The notes under the pieces: generated by a model
What the model saw: only the letters and a program-made list of their open reading frames with translations
Told to the model about the DNA's origin: nothing
Database searches by the model: none
Origin: Patescibacteria group bacterium
Lineage (GTDB): Bacteria; Patescibacteriota; Microgenomatia; UBA12405; JAHJSD01
Length of the DNA stretch: 40,440 nt
NCBI GenBank assembly: GCA_018830585.1
Contig: JAHJSD010000024.1
Span: forward strand, 1-40,440
Direction of reading: 5' to 3'
Position numbers and translations under genes: made by a program
Shown: positions 18,016 to 26,320 of the stretch, piece after piece
Numbering within the stretch: position 1 is the first letter of the stretch
Layout of the letters: every line of letters starts with the position of its first letter

Positions 18016-18127
18016 TATAGTGCCCGCAAAACAAAAACGGATGTTTAAAGTTTAAACATTTTGGGCACAAGTTGAACTTACAAACAAGACATCACAAATT
18101 ACCGAAATTTGTTTTGCGGTTGCTATA
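18016..18127. mobile_element. IS630-derived MITE (about 112 bp)
   Basis: Terminal inverted repeats tatagtgcccgcaaaacaaa / tttgttttgcggttgctata match the ends of the IS at 18387-19519. Central palindrome atgtttaaagtttaaacat. TA at both ends. Confidence 0.78.
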
Positions 18128-18386
18128 TCTACCAATACCGGGGGTGTACCAACAGTATCTGTAAAGAAAATACTGAAACATTTTGAAAGGTATGGTAATT
18201 ACAAGCAGTTGGCAGTCCATCACATTTGGGAGGATTTATGGTAGAAACGAAGGAACGAGCATCTTCCTTGGTTAAAAAAGCTGACAAGGGTTTAATATTA
18301 TAATTATACGGGGTTATCGCACATAAAACGGAAGATAAAAAAAGACAAGACTTAAGATAAGGTCACTGTTTTGGAAATTACTGAGC

Positions 18387-19519
18387 TATAGCGCCCGCAA
18401 AACAAATTTACCACATTTAGTTGTATAACGGATATGTGTTAAAACCTGTCCAGATAACACAAGAGGAAAAAGAATTATTGGTAGATTGGTATCGCAGTGG
18501 AGTAAGCGCTTTAACGAGAAGTAGAGCCCATGCTGTCTTAATGAATAATCAAGGGCTCAACGCGTGTAAAATAGCCAGATTGCTTCTTAGAAATTACAAG
18601 ACAGTCAGAACTTGGCTGTCTTTATTCGGGAAAGGCAGAATAAGCAGCCTTTTTCCAAGATACAGCGGTAATAATAACGCTGGAAAATTAACTCTGAGTC
18701 AGAAAGAAGAAATCAGGAAGGTGTTATCTCAACCACCTTCAAAATATGGAATCCCAAAAAAGTTCTGGCAGGTCAAGGATTTAAAAAAATGGATTAAAGC
18801 AGGGTTCGGAGTAATTTATGAATCAGACAGAAGCTATCACTTTCTTTTTAAGCTGGGCAGGTTCAGTTGGAAGTTGCCTGACAAGTTTGATATTAAGCGT
18901 GATGACCAGTTTGTAAAAAGAAGAATTAAAGAGATTAGAAAAGAGATAAAACCTTTTTTAATTTCACCAGACTGGGTCGTTCTTACCGGCGATGAAACAA
19001 GACTTGTTTGGGAGAATGAATCAAGAAGAGCCTGGTTGAAAACTAATCAAAAGACAATTCTAAAAGTAAATCGGAGCAGAGATTACCAATCATTTTTAGG
19101 AAGCTTAAACCTAAAAACAAAGAAATGCCATCTTCATTCCTTGTCCTGGCATCCTGGCAAAACCAAGGAGAAACGATAAAAGCTCTAAAGAGGATTAAGA
19201 AATACTATCCAAACAAAAACATCTGTCTTATCTGGGATAACGCTGGATGGCATAAAGGCAAACTAATCAGAAAAGAACTAGGAAGAAGTGGGGATTTAAC
19301 TAATTTTCACTTAATCAACTTTCCTCCTTATGCTCCAGATACCAATCCTCAAGAGCATATTTGGAAATATATTAAAAACAGAATTGCTCACCAGCCAACC
19401 ACCAGTTTTAAGCAAAAAGTCAACAATTTTAAACTATCAGTAATTCACAGAAAATTTAACTATCAAATCTGATGAAATCAACTTGTTAAAAACAGGGAAT
19501 TTGATTTGCGGTTGCTATA
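18387..19519 (+). mobile_element. IS630/Tc1-mariner family insertion sequence (1133 bp)
   Basis: Imperfect terminal inverted repeats tatagcgcccgcaaaacaaattt (left) and ttgatttgcggttgctata (right), flanked by TA. Encodes a single DDE transposase reading frame. Confidence 0.88.
18421..19472 (+). pseudogene. IS630-family DDE transposase, frameshifted by an 8-bp tandem duplication
   Basis: Two overlapping ORFs (18421-19179 and 19125-19472). tcctggca is duplicated at 19144-19151 and 19152-19159; removing one copy gives one 347-codon ORF. Catalytic-type motifs LTGDETRL, IWDNAGWH and APDTNPQEHIW. N-terminal HTH-like region. Confidence 0.85.
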
Positions 19520-19568
19520 GAGCCTCTTCCTCCTTCTACCCCCCCCTTTTTTTTACCAGTGCCATCTT

Positions 19569-19614
19569 ACCTCTACAATTAATTCGTACTGATGAGTCCA
19601 AAAGGGCGAAAGGT
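19569..19614 (+). ncRNA. Candidate minimal type III hammerhead ribozyme
   Basis: ACCU-C(17) / stem I UAC[AAUUAAUUC]GUA / CUGAUGA / stem II GUCC[AAAA]GGGC / GAA / AGGU. All invariant core positions are present (C3-A9, G10.1-C11.1, G12-A14, A15.1-U16.1, C17). Stems are only 3-4 bp. Confidence 0.45.
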
Positions 19615-19736
19615 TTCTAAATTCTTATAAACTAAAACCCGGCCAAAATTAAACTTTCCTCCATTCTTCCATAAAATGTAAACTCCCTTACCCCCTCCCT
19701 AATTGTCCGAGTAGTGACCAACCAGGGGAGCCAAAG

Positions 19737-19776
19737 CCCTGCCTGCCGGCAAGCCCACCCGCAGTGGGTAAACGGG
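19737..19776. repeat. Family B-related repeat
   Basis: ccctgcctgccggcaagcccacccgcagtgggtaaacggg; includes the cgcagtgggtaaac module also seen as ctgcgggtaaac at 10507-10518. Confidence 0.6.
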
Positions 19777-19792
19777 CTAAAAAAGAATGGGT

Positions 19793-21079
19793 TTACCTCG
19801 CTGAAATCTGATGAAGACGAAATAGTTGTTTAGAAAGTCTTATCGAATAATTAATCCCACGATCCCAGGGAAAAATATGGTTCGGAGTGGCCCAATAGAT
19901 TTTGTCCGGAATTAGTTCCAAAGACGGTTTTATGGCAGAATAGCCGGTGGGGATAATCGGTTGAGCGCAAAGATCAGAGAAAACATTAACACCGATCAAA
20001 AACTTTTCAAAATCCGCATTTATCTTTTTAAGACCGGGGGAGAAACTTTTTAGAACCTGCCCGGCGCTTTGTTTAAAAATCGGGTCTTCTTGGGAGTAAT
20101 AACCGCCGACATAAACTAAATTTTCCCCGCCGTAGTTGCCGGCATCAACTAAATTGGTTTGCTCTACTATGACAATAAAAGGAAAGCCTGTGTCTAAAAT
20201 GTTAAGCCAGTAGGTCCCTTGAGGTAAAAATGGCTTTTTCATTCTTAAAATCAGGTTTAACGCTCCAATCATTTTTAGTTTACCGAACTTTTTCAGCGCC
20301 GGTTCGGGAAGAATATCTTTAACTATTTTTAAAGCTTTTGGCAAAGGCAAAGTCAAAAAGATTTTGTCGACCAATGCCGAACGACGCTTTGACTTAATCA
20401 GCCAGCTGTTTCCGGCCGGCCCTATCTTTAAAACCGGATCGTCAAGAAAAAGTCGGTTATTCTTTCCTATCTGCTTGGCAATCAGGTCAAACATCTGTTT
20501 ATTTCCCCCGTTTAAATAACCCAACTGCTGACTTCTCACCTTGATCCTCGACCAAAGCCAGGAAAAAGAAACCTCTTTGGAAAACCGATCAAACTTTCCT
20601 TCCATTAATCGTCCCCAAATTTCCTGCCAACCATTATTACCAATAAGTTTTGGAAAAATATCTGAAGCCCGGTAATTTTCAAAAAAACCAAAATAAGGCA
20701 ACTGGCGCAAAAGAAAAAGTACCGTACCCATCCTCAGCTTGTCAAAAACCGTTAAGTTCGGGAATCTTAAAAAGTCAAAAAGATTGTCAAAAGGGGAAAT
20801 CCGGCCATGGCTATAAACAGAAGTTTTTGTTTCCCGGTAAACTAATTTGTCAATCAATCCCAATTCCGTCAACAACTCTTTAACCAAATCATCAGAAGTA
20901 AAAAAATGGTGGAAAAAGCCTTCCAGGGGCCAGCGCCACGTTTTCTCCCTCAGGCTTCTTGACAATCCCCCTAATTCTTTTTCCGCCTCAAAAAGGCAAA
21001 TTTCATCTTTACCCTTTTTGGAAATTTCCCTGGCCAAAAATAATCCGGTAATACCTCCGCCGACAATGCCTAATTTCAT
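19793..21079 (-). CDS. FAD/NAD(P)-binding oxidoreductase (amine-oxidase / protoporphyrinogen-oxidase-like fold)
   Basis: N-terminal dinucleotide-binding motif KLGIVGGGITGLFLA...LFEAEKELGG. 428 aa. Substrate unknown. Confidence 0.75.
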   Translation of the reverse strand: MKLGIVGGGITGLFLAREISKKGKDEICLFEAEKELGGLSRSLREKTWRWPLEGFFHHFFTSDDLVKELLTELGLIDKLVYRETKTSVYSHGRISPFDNLFDFLRFPNLTVFDKLRMGTVLFLLRQLPYFGFFENYRASDIFPKLIGNNGWQEIWGRLMEGKFDRFSKEVSFSWLWSRIKVRSQQLGYLNGGNKQMFDLIAKQIGKNNRLFLDDPVLKIGPAGNSWLIKSKRRSALVDKIFLTLPLPKALKIVKDILPEPALKKFGKLKMIGALNLILRMKKPFLPQGTYWLNILDTGFPFIVIVEQTNLVDAGNYGGENLVYVGGYYSQEDPIFKQSAGQVLKSFSPGLKKINADFEKFLIGVNVFSDLCAQPIIPTGYSAIKPSLELIPDKIYWATPNHIFPWDRGINYSIRLSKQLFRLHQISAR

Positions 21080-21101
21080 CGAGTTTTATTTTATTTAACC
21101 T

Positions 21102-21941
21102 TTAAAAAAGGAAAAGGAGTCCTCCCAAGGCAACTATCGAACCGAGGATAATCAGGAACTGGGAGGGGAAGAAAACTCCTGCCGGGGGCAGTTCTATCCT
21201 GGTCGGGGTCGCCGTCGGAGTGTAAACAATAGTCGGCGTGTTGGTGGATACCGGAGTACCGGTTGGGGTATTAGTCGGAGTTGAGGTTGGTACCGGAGTT
21301 CCGGTTGGAGTGTTGGTCGGGGTATTGGTAGGCACCGGAGTACCCGTTGGTGTGTTAGTCGGAGTAGGGGTGGCGGTTGGTGTTGATGTTGGTACCGGAG
21401 TACCGGTAGGCGTATTGATTGGCGTGTTAGTTGGTTTTAGGGTGTTGGTAGGAGTGTTAGTGGGCGTATTAGTCAGAGTAATGGTCGGTCTTGGAGTACT
21501 AGTCGGGGTCGGGGTAGGAATAGTAGTCGGAGTCGGGCTGTTAGTTGGAGTTGGAGTAGGACAAAGACAATCTTGCCGATCGGAACATTCAGAGTTGGCG
21601 CAACGGCCATTAATACAGTCTAGGGAGGAAGGACACTCTTCTTCACGCTCGCAACGATCCCAGCATTCCGGAATTTGAGTCGGGGTTGGAGTCGGCTTGT
21701 AAACGTTAAATCGAAGAACACAGGGCTGTTCTTCCTGCGCGGATGATTCCGACGGAGCGGTAGGAGCTATCGGTTCTTCCCGCAGTTGATAAAGCTTAAC
21801 CGCGCTGATAATCGCGATTGCCGCCAGTAATGCGGTCGAAAAAAGTACCGCAAACAAACCAGCGCGGGAAATTTTCTTTTTCTTGCCGGTAACACCTTGC
21901 TCCGGCAAAAATTCGTCTCTTGGTTTTTCAATCAAGTCCAT
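21102..21941 (-). CDS. Surface protein: N-terminal TM, Cys-rich module, long Pro/Thr repeat, LPPAG plus C-terminal TM
   Basis: 279 aa. [23 protein letters not shown]. 10 Cys within about 60 residues. About 120 residues of (T/N)PT repeats. C-terminus ...[31 protein letters not shown]. Confidence 0.75.
   Translation of the reverse strand: MDLIEKPRDEFLPEQGVTGKKKKISRAGLFAVLFSTALLAAIAIISAVKLYQLREEPIAPTAPSESSAQEEQPCVLRFNVYKPTPTPTQIPECWDRCEREEECPSSLDCINGRCANSECSDRQDCLCPTPTPTNSPTPTTIPTPTPTSTPRPTITLTNTPTNTPTNTLKPTNTPINTPTGTPVPTSTPTATPTPTNTPTGTPVPTNTPTNTPTGTPVPTSTPTNTPTGTPVSTNTPTIVYTPTATPTRIELPPAGVFFPSQFLIILGSIVALGGLLFLF
21209..21563. repeat. Coding tandem repeat specifying the PT linker
   Basis: A reiterated unit of about 48 nt encoding [16 protein letters not shown]-like units, at least 4 times. 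The antisense ORF 21238-21678 is its shadow. Confidence 0.8.
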
Positions 21942-21944
21942 TTT

Positions 21945-23144
21945 TTATCTCCAGCCTAATTTGGGGCTAAAAACCTGCGCTTCTACTGTCTGTTCCCCTT
22001 CCCTTTCTATTTGGTATTCGATCTGAAACTCTTCGCCTCTGCGATCGGTAGTCTCCTGCCATTCACCCCGGTTAACTTTAAACCTGGCTTTGGTCAATCC
22101 GTCAGGATCATCCGTCTCACCCAAAACAGTAAAGTGAACTCTGTCGCCCAGTTTCAAAGAGATATCGTCGGTGATCTCGTTCCAGTCGTAGTCATACATT
22201 TTAACCTTCAAACATCGGCAGGAATAAATCGGCATTGGGGTCGGAGTGTTAGTTGGAGTACTGGTGGGGGTGTTAGTTGGAGTATTAGTAGGAGCGTTGG
22301 TTGGAGTCGGTCCTTCCATGGTTACCGTAGCAACATCTTTACAGGCGGATTCGGACCAATAACCACCCCCCGGTTTTTTGGTTTTCCCCTCAATGGTATA
22401 AACACCAGGCGACTGCGGGGAATAATTACAAACATATCCGCCGCTACAGGGGACTCTAATTTCTTTTGAAAGGCCGCCCGGGCCAGAGATAAAAAAGTCA
22501 ACGTCTTCGCTTAAAACACCGCTATGATTATGAAAACCGGCTATATTAAAACTGCTCCCCTGAGTGATGGTTTTGACATCGCCCCAAGGATCAGAGCTGT
22601 TTTTCTGAACCTGAGCCTGGGTGCTGGTAAAAGGGCAGCCCGACTGAGGTGTCGGAGTAGTTCCGGAAGGCACCGTCGGCGTAGGCGGCTGCTCCGAGGG
22701 AAAGTACCAGATCTTGTTGTTGCAGCGGCTGCAGACAACACCGTCAACCGTCTTACCTGACAAAATATCGCTCCTTATTTGGGTGCAATTATTAACCAAG
22801 CAATCATGGTTGATATTCGACTCCTTGGCGATAACGTCAAAATCACCGTCATTGTCGCTGTCGCTGCAAAACTGGATGTAAATTTTACCCCTGTTGGTCA
22901 TTGCTAAATTTTTTCCGGGACCGTCGCTGGCCCAGATACAGTTCTCGTCACAAACATCCCCAGGGTGAACCACCCGGCAGCAACAGGAAGATCCTGCCGG
23001 GACTAAACCCTCACAACCGTTAGGAACTCCACCCGCAGCGCTATTGCGAATATCCTGCTCCCTTTTAAGCAGAAAAAGGCCTCCGGCTATTGCTATCATA
23101 GCCAGAAGAAGTAAAGAGAAGATTAATAATTTTTTGTTAGCCAT
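21945..23144 (-). CDS. Secreted or anchored Cys-rich multi-domain protein with a PT linker
   Basis: 399 aa. N-terminal signal-anchor LLIFSLLLLAMIAIAGGLFLL. Cys-rich N-module, middle beta-rich module, [23 protein letters not shown] linker, about 100-aa C-terminal domain. Start lies 3 nt upstream of the next gene's start... i.e. its stop is 3 nt from the start of 21102-21941. Confidence 0.75.
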   Translation of the reverse strand: MANKKLLIFSLLLLAMIAIAGGLFLLKREQDIRNSAAGGVPNGCEGLVPAGSSCCCRVVHPGDVCDENCIWASDGPGKNLAMTNRGKIYIQFCSDSDNDGDFDVIAKESNINHDCLVNNCTQIRSDILSGKTVDGVVCSRCNNKIWYFPSEQPPTPTVPSGTTPTPQSGCPFTSTQAQVQKNSSDPWGDVKTITQGSSFNIAGFHNHSGVLSEDVDFFISGPGGLSKEIRVPCSGGYVCNYSPQSPGVYTIEGKTKKPGGGYWSESACKDVATVTMEGPTPTNAPTNTPTNTPTSTPTNTPTPMPIYSCRCLKVKMYDYDWNEITDDISLKLGDRVHFTVLGETDDPDGLTKARFKVNRGEWQETTDRRGEEFQIEYQIEREGEQTVEAQVFSPKLGWR

Positions 23145-23219
23145 TAGTTAAAGCTTATCTTAAAAAAAATTTACCAGTTTAAGAGCAAAACCGCCAGAAG
23201 CGGAATGTTACTTAGCCTA

Positions 23220-24923
23220 CTAAATTAACTGAGCCAAGACTGTTAAAAATAAAACCGCGCCGCCGACAATCACAAATAGAGTTGGCCCAAAGAACCCCGT
23301 TTCAGGAACACCGGACTCCGTTGAGGGCAAAGTTACTTCAGCAGTCGGCGTTGCCGTCGGTGTCAATGTCGGTGATAGAGTCGAAGATAGGGTCGGAGAT
23401 ATCTCCACCGCCGGAGTCGGCTCCAAGGTCGGCGTTGCCGTCGGTTCCGGTGTTGGAGTCGGAACGGGAGTGTCGGTCGGCAATAATGTCGGAGTAACCG
23501 TCCCGCCTGAAGGAGTGGCGGAAAAAGAAGGATTATCGTCAGTCATTTCTGCCGCCAGAATAAAAGTTCTGATAAATGTTTCTTCCGCGCCGGAAAGCGG
23601 ATCAATATGGGTTACCGTCAACTTATGCTCGCCGGGGTCAAGATTGTCGGGGGGCGACCAACGCCAATCCCCGCTCTCATCGATCGTCAGCTCAGCCTGG
23701 TAGAGAGCCTCGGACTCCAAGGTGATTTTAACAATACCGCCGCTCGGCCCGGTCCCAAAAATTTCAGGCCGGAAGAAGTGTAACATCTCGCCATCCTCAG
23801 GATTAATGATTTCAAAAGGTCTGTTTCCGGTAAAACCGACTATCTCGCCTAAGCGGGAAGCTCCCGCCGAAGCGGCCGTCTGCTTAATGGAATCGGAAGG
23901 CCCGGCAAAACTCTCTTGAGTGAAATCATAATCATTTCCTAAAATGATCTCCGGCACAGGGTCGTCGTCTTTGGCATAAACCAAGGCCGTAGCCGTTCCG
24001 CCGAGAACACCCTGAACAAAAATTTCTTCCACCGAAAAATCATCCTGCTGATCAGCTAAGCGGGTTAAATCCTCAGAAAAAGCTTTGGCCAGAGAAACCG
24101 CCCAATTACCCTGGTTTGTTACCAAAGAGGACAAGGGAGCAAAATTTTCCGCTTTAAGGTAAACGATTGCCCCCTCGGCAATTTCACCATCAAAATTTTT
24201 AACTACTCCGGAAGCCAAATTAGCAATCGGCAACTCTCCAAAAAAAGCCGAGGCCGTCTTGACCTTATAAGGCTGGCCTGCCGACTCGCCAAACTGGACT
24301 CCGCCGGAAAGAATCATAAACCGGTATTCTTTTCCGCTTTCCAACCCCTCAACAATGATATAATGGGTAGTAAACCTATCTTTCCCACTAATCTCAGTTC
24401 TGAAATCGCTAAAAAGCCTTTGGTACTTATCGTCCAAAACTTGCACCAGGCCGGTGGTCTCCCGGGAAGTAAACCAAGAAGCGGTAAAGGAATTATCGGT
24501 GACATTGGTAGTTCTAACCTCAGACGGAGCAACAGCTTCCTGCGCTCTGAACCAAAATACTCTTCTCCCCCCGATAAAAAACAAAACAACCACTAGGCTC
24601 AAAACCAAAAAAAGGCCCACCAAGGTAGGGATTCTTCTTTCCCGTTTCAGTTTTGAGAAAAACCCGGGGGAGTCGTCACTACCGCCTTCCTGTTGCTTAA
24701 GAAGCCCGGAAACCGGAACTGCGCCACCGCCACTTCTGTCTTGAAGAGATTCAGTAGAAAGCGTATTTTTATTGACTCCCAAACCGGTTTCAGAAACCGT
24801 CTCCTTTAAACCGGAAAGCGGCAGATATTCCTCGCCGCCCTGAAATAAAGACTCCGGTTTCGCCTCAGAAGTTTCATTCTTTTTCCTGCGATAAAATTTC
24901 TTTTTGATTTTCATATTTGCCAA
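23220..24923 (-). CDS. Large surface protein: cytoplasmic N-tail, TM, FN3-like and Ig-like modules, PT-rich stalk, VPETG plus C-terminal TM
   Basis: 567 aa. TM IPTLVGLFLVLSLVVVLFFIG. FN3-like TTNVTDNSFTASWFTS...GKEYRF. Ig-like GEHKLTVTHIDP. C-terminus ...LPSTESGVPETGFFGPTLFVIVGGAVLFLTVLAQLI. Confidence 0.8.
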   Translation of the reverse strand: MANMKIKKKFYRRKKNETSEAKPESLFQGGEEYLPLSGLKETVSETGLGVNKNTLSTESLQDRSGGGAVPVSGLLKQQEGGSDDSPGFFSKLKRERRIPTLVGLFLVLSLVVVLFFIGGRRVFWFRAQEAVAPSEVRTTNVTDNSFTASWFTSRETTGLVQVLDDKYQRLFSDFRTEISGKDRFTTHYIIVEGLESGKEYRFMILSGGVQFGESAGQPYKVKTASAFFGELPIANLASGVVKNFDGEIAEGAIVYLKAENFAPLSSLVTNQGNWAVSLAKAFSEDLTRLADQQDDFSVEEIFVQGVLGGTATALVYAKDDDPVPEIILGNDYDFTQESFAGPSDSIKQTAASAGASRLGEIVGFTGNRPFEIINPEDGEMLHFFRPEIFGTGPSGGIVKITLESEALYQAELTIDESGDWRWSPPDNLDPGEHKLTVTHIDPLSGAEETFIRTFILAAEMTDDNPSFSATPSGGTVTPTLLPTDTPVPTPTPEPTATPTLEPTPAVEISPTLSSTLSPTLTPTATPTAEVTLPSTESGVPETGFFGPTLFVIVGGAVLFLTVLAQLI

Positions 24924-25008
24924 AAACAGGCCAGCGTGGCCACCACCCCATTTTATACTTTACGGCTCTTTTATCTTTATAAAACAAATACAATAAAAGA
25001 GGGATGTT

Positions 25009-25350
25009 TTAAGGGTTCAGTTCCAGGCTAGACCCTGAATCAGTCGCTACCTCACTCTCCCCGGTAATAGTTTGGGCGGGAGCCGGGGTAACGGTTGACT
25101 CGACCGAAGTTGGTTCCGGCAGTAAATAGCTCTCGACTTCTTCTGGCCGGTATTCCCGCTTCTCCTCGATACTCTCCAGGACTGTCAGATCTAATTTCGG
25201 ATCAATCGGAGTAATTAACTGGTCTACTTTTTTAATTTCTTCCCTTTTGGTAAGTTCGCGGTAACTTTCCAAAGCAATCCAGAAAAGAACCGTAAACAAG
25301 GTCATTGCGGCAACAAAGATTATTCTCTTATATTTTCTTTTTTGTTTCAT
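25009..25350 (-). CDS. Small bitopic membrane protein (basic N-terminus, one TM, acidic/Thr-rich tail)
   Basis: 113 aa. MKQKRKYKR followed by IIFVAAMTLFTVLFWIAL. No recognisable motif. Confidence 0.55.
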   Translation of the reverse strand: MKQKRKYKRIIFVAAMTLFTVLFWIALESYRELTKREEIKKVDQLITPIDPKLDLTVLESIEEKREYRPEEVESYLLPEPTSVESTVTPAPAQTITGESEVATDSGSSLELNP

Positions 25351-25426
25351 CGGCTAACTCCAATTGAAGCTCCGAGGGTTATTAACCATCGGATTCTTAC
25401 TTCATATTGTAAACATTGCCATAATC

Positions 25427-25610
25427 AAAAGCTGAAATCCCTGTCTGCTCGCCTCGCGGCGAAGCGGACCGACAGGCAGGCGCCAACTTGTCAACCGAAG
25501 CTTCAGCGAAGGCTGAAGCGAAAATTACCCTTACCCCCGAATCACTATCCAACCGAGACTTAATCCACCAGCTGGCGGACCTCGGATCCCAAAGGGATCC
25601 CTTCAGGATT
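25427..25610. repeat. Family B and Family F repeat mosaic splitting the operon
   Basis: 25427-25501 is homologous to 16652-16706 with a nested insertion at the palindrome centre. cggatcccaaagggatcccttcaggatt at 25583-25610 matches 14909-14935. Confidence 0.8.
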
Positions 25611-25636
25611 TTCGCGAAGGCGGATAAAAACCCGGT

Positions 25637-26320
25637 TTACCAACCGGACTGCCAATAATTCAGCTCGCCTGCTAAAGTTAAGTTTAAAACCCGCTCTTCT
25701 TCTTTCTTATCTTTCTTATCTTTAGAAATCTGGTACTGGTTAATTGCTATCCATCTTCTTACCCTCGTTAATTGATCGATAAAACTTCTTATATCAAAAT
25801 AGTCACCTTTGCCGCTAAAGTTAAAGGCTAAAGTTTTTAGATTTTGATCCTTCTGAACAGCTTTAGCTTTTTTATTTTTCTCTTCCGAACCGGACAGGTT
25901 AACTCTGGAAAAACCCAAGCCTCTTAATGACAAACTGCTCTCCTGGGCACTGCCTACCAGTTGAGAAATACCCTGGGCAATACCAAGGTCATCAGGAAGA
26001 AAACTGTCAACTAAGCTTACTCTCGTCTGTGCGACAGAATAAATCTGCTGCGCTTCAATCAAGTCATTTATCTTTTTCTGCATCTTGACACTGATCTCTT
26101 CTTTTTCCCTGATCTTGCCAACCAGTCCGGAAACGGTCACCGCTGCCGGTTTGACGGCAAAAAATGAAAAAAAGGCAACAATGAACAAGGTCAAGGCTAC
26201 CTCGGTATACTGCCAAGCTTCTTTTTTCTCCCGGTATTTTCTAATTATCTTATCCAGTTCTTTCCTGACTTTTTTCCGGTAAGCAGCAATAGCGCTGGCC
26301 TCTCCAATTTTTCTAAGCAT
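25637..26320 (-). CDS. PilO-like bitopic membrane protein (putative)
   Basis: 227 aa. Basic cytoplasmic N-terminus, one TM (VALTLFIVAFFSFFAV), coiled-coil segment, then an alpha/beta C-domain. ATG overlaps the upstream gene's stop (ATGCTTAG). Assignment based on architecture and context only. Confidence 0.5.
   Translation of the reverse strand: MLRKIGEASAIAAYRKKVRKELDKIIRKYREKKEAWQYTEVALTLFIVAFFSFFAVKPAAVTVSGLVGKIREKEEISVKMQKKINDLIEAQQIYSVAQTRVSLVDSFLPDDLGIAQGISQLVGSAQESSLSLRGLGFSRVNLSGSEEKNKKAKAVQKDQNLKTLAFNFSGKGDYFDIRSFIDQLTRVRRWIAINQYQISKDKKDKKEEERVLNLTLAGELNYWQSGW

Noticed and set aside
18128-18386. 259-nt segment between the MITE and the IS, examined for a gene or structured RNA
   Set aside because: It contains only a 27-codon ORF and no convincing paired structure. 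It is probably residual intergenic or target sequence.
21238-21678. 146-aa + strand ORF rich in Val/Gly
   Set aside because: It is the antisense shadow of the Pro/Thr-repeat coding region of the minus-strand gene. The low-complexity, stop-free frame is an artefact of the repeat.
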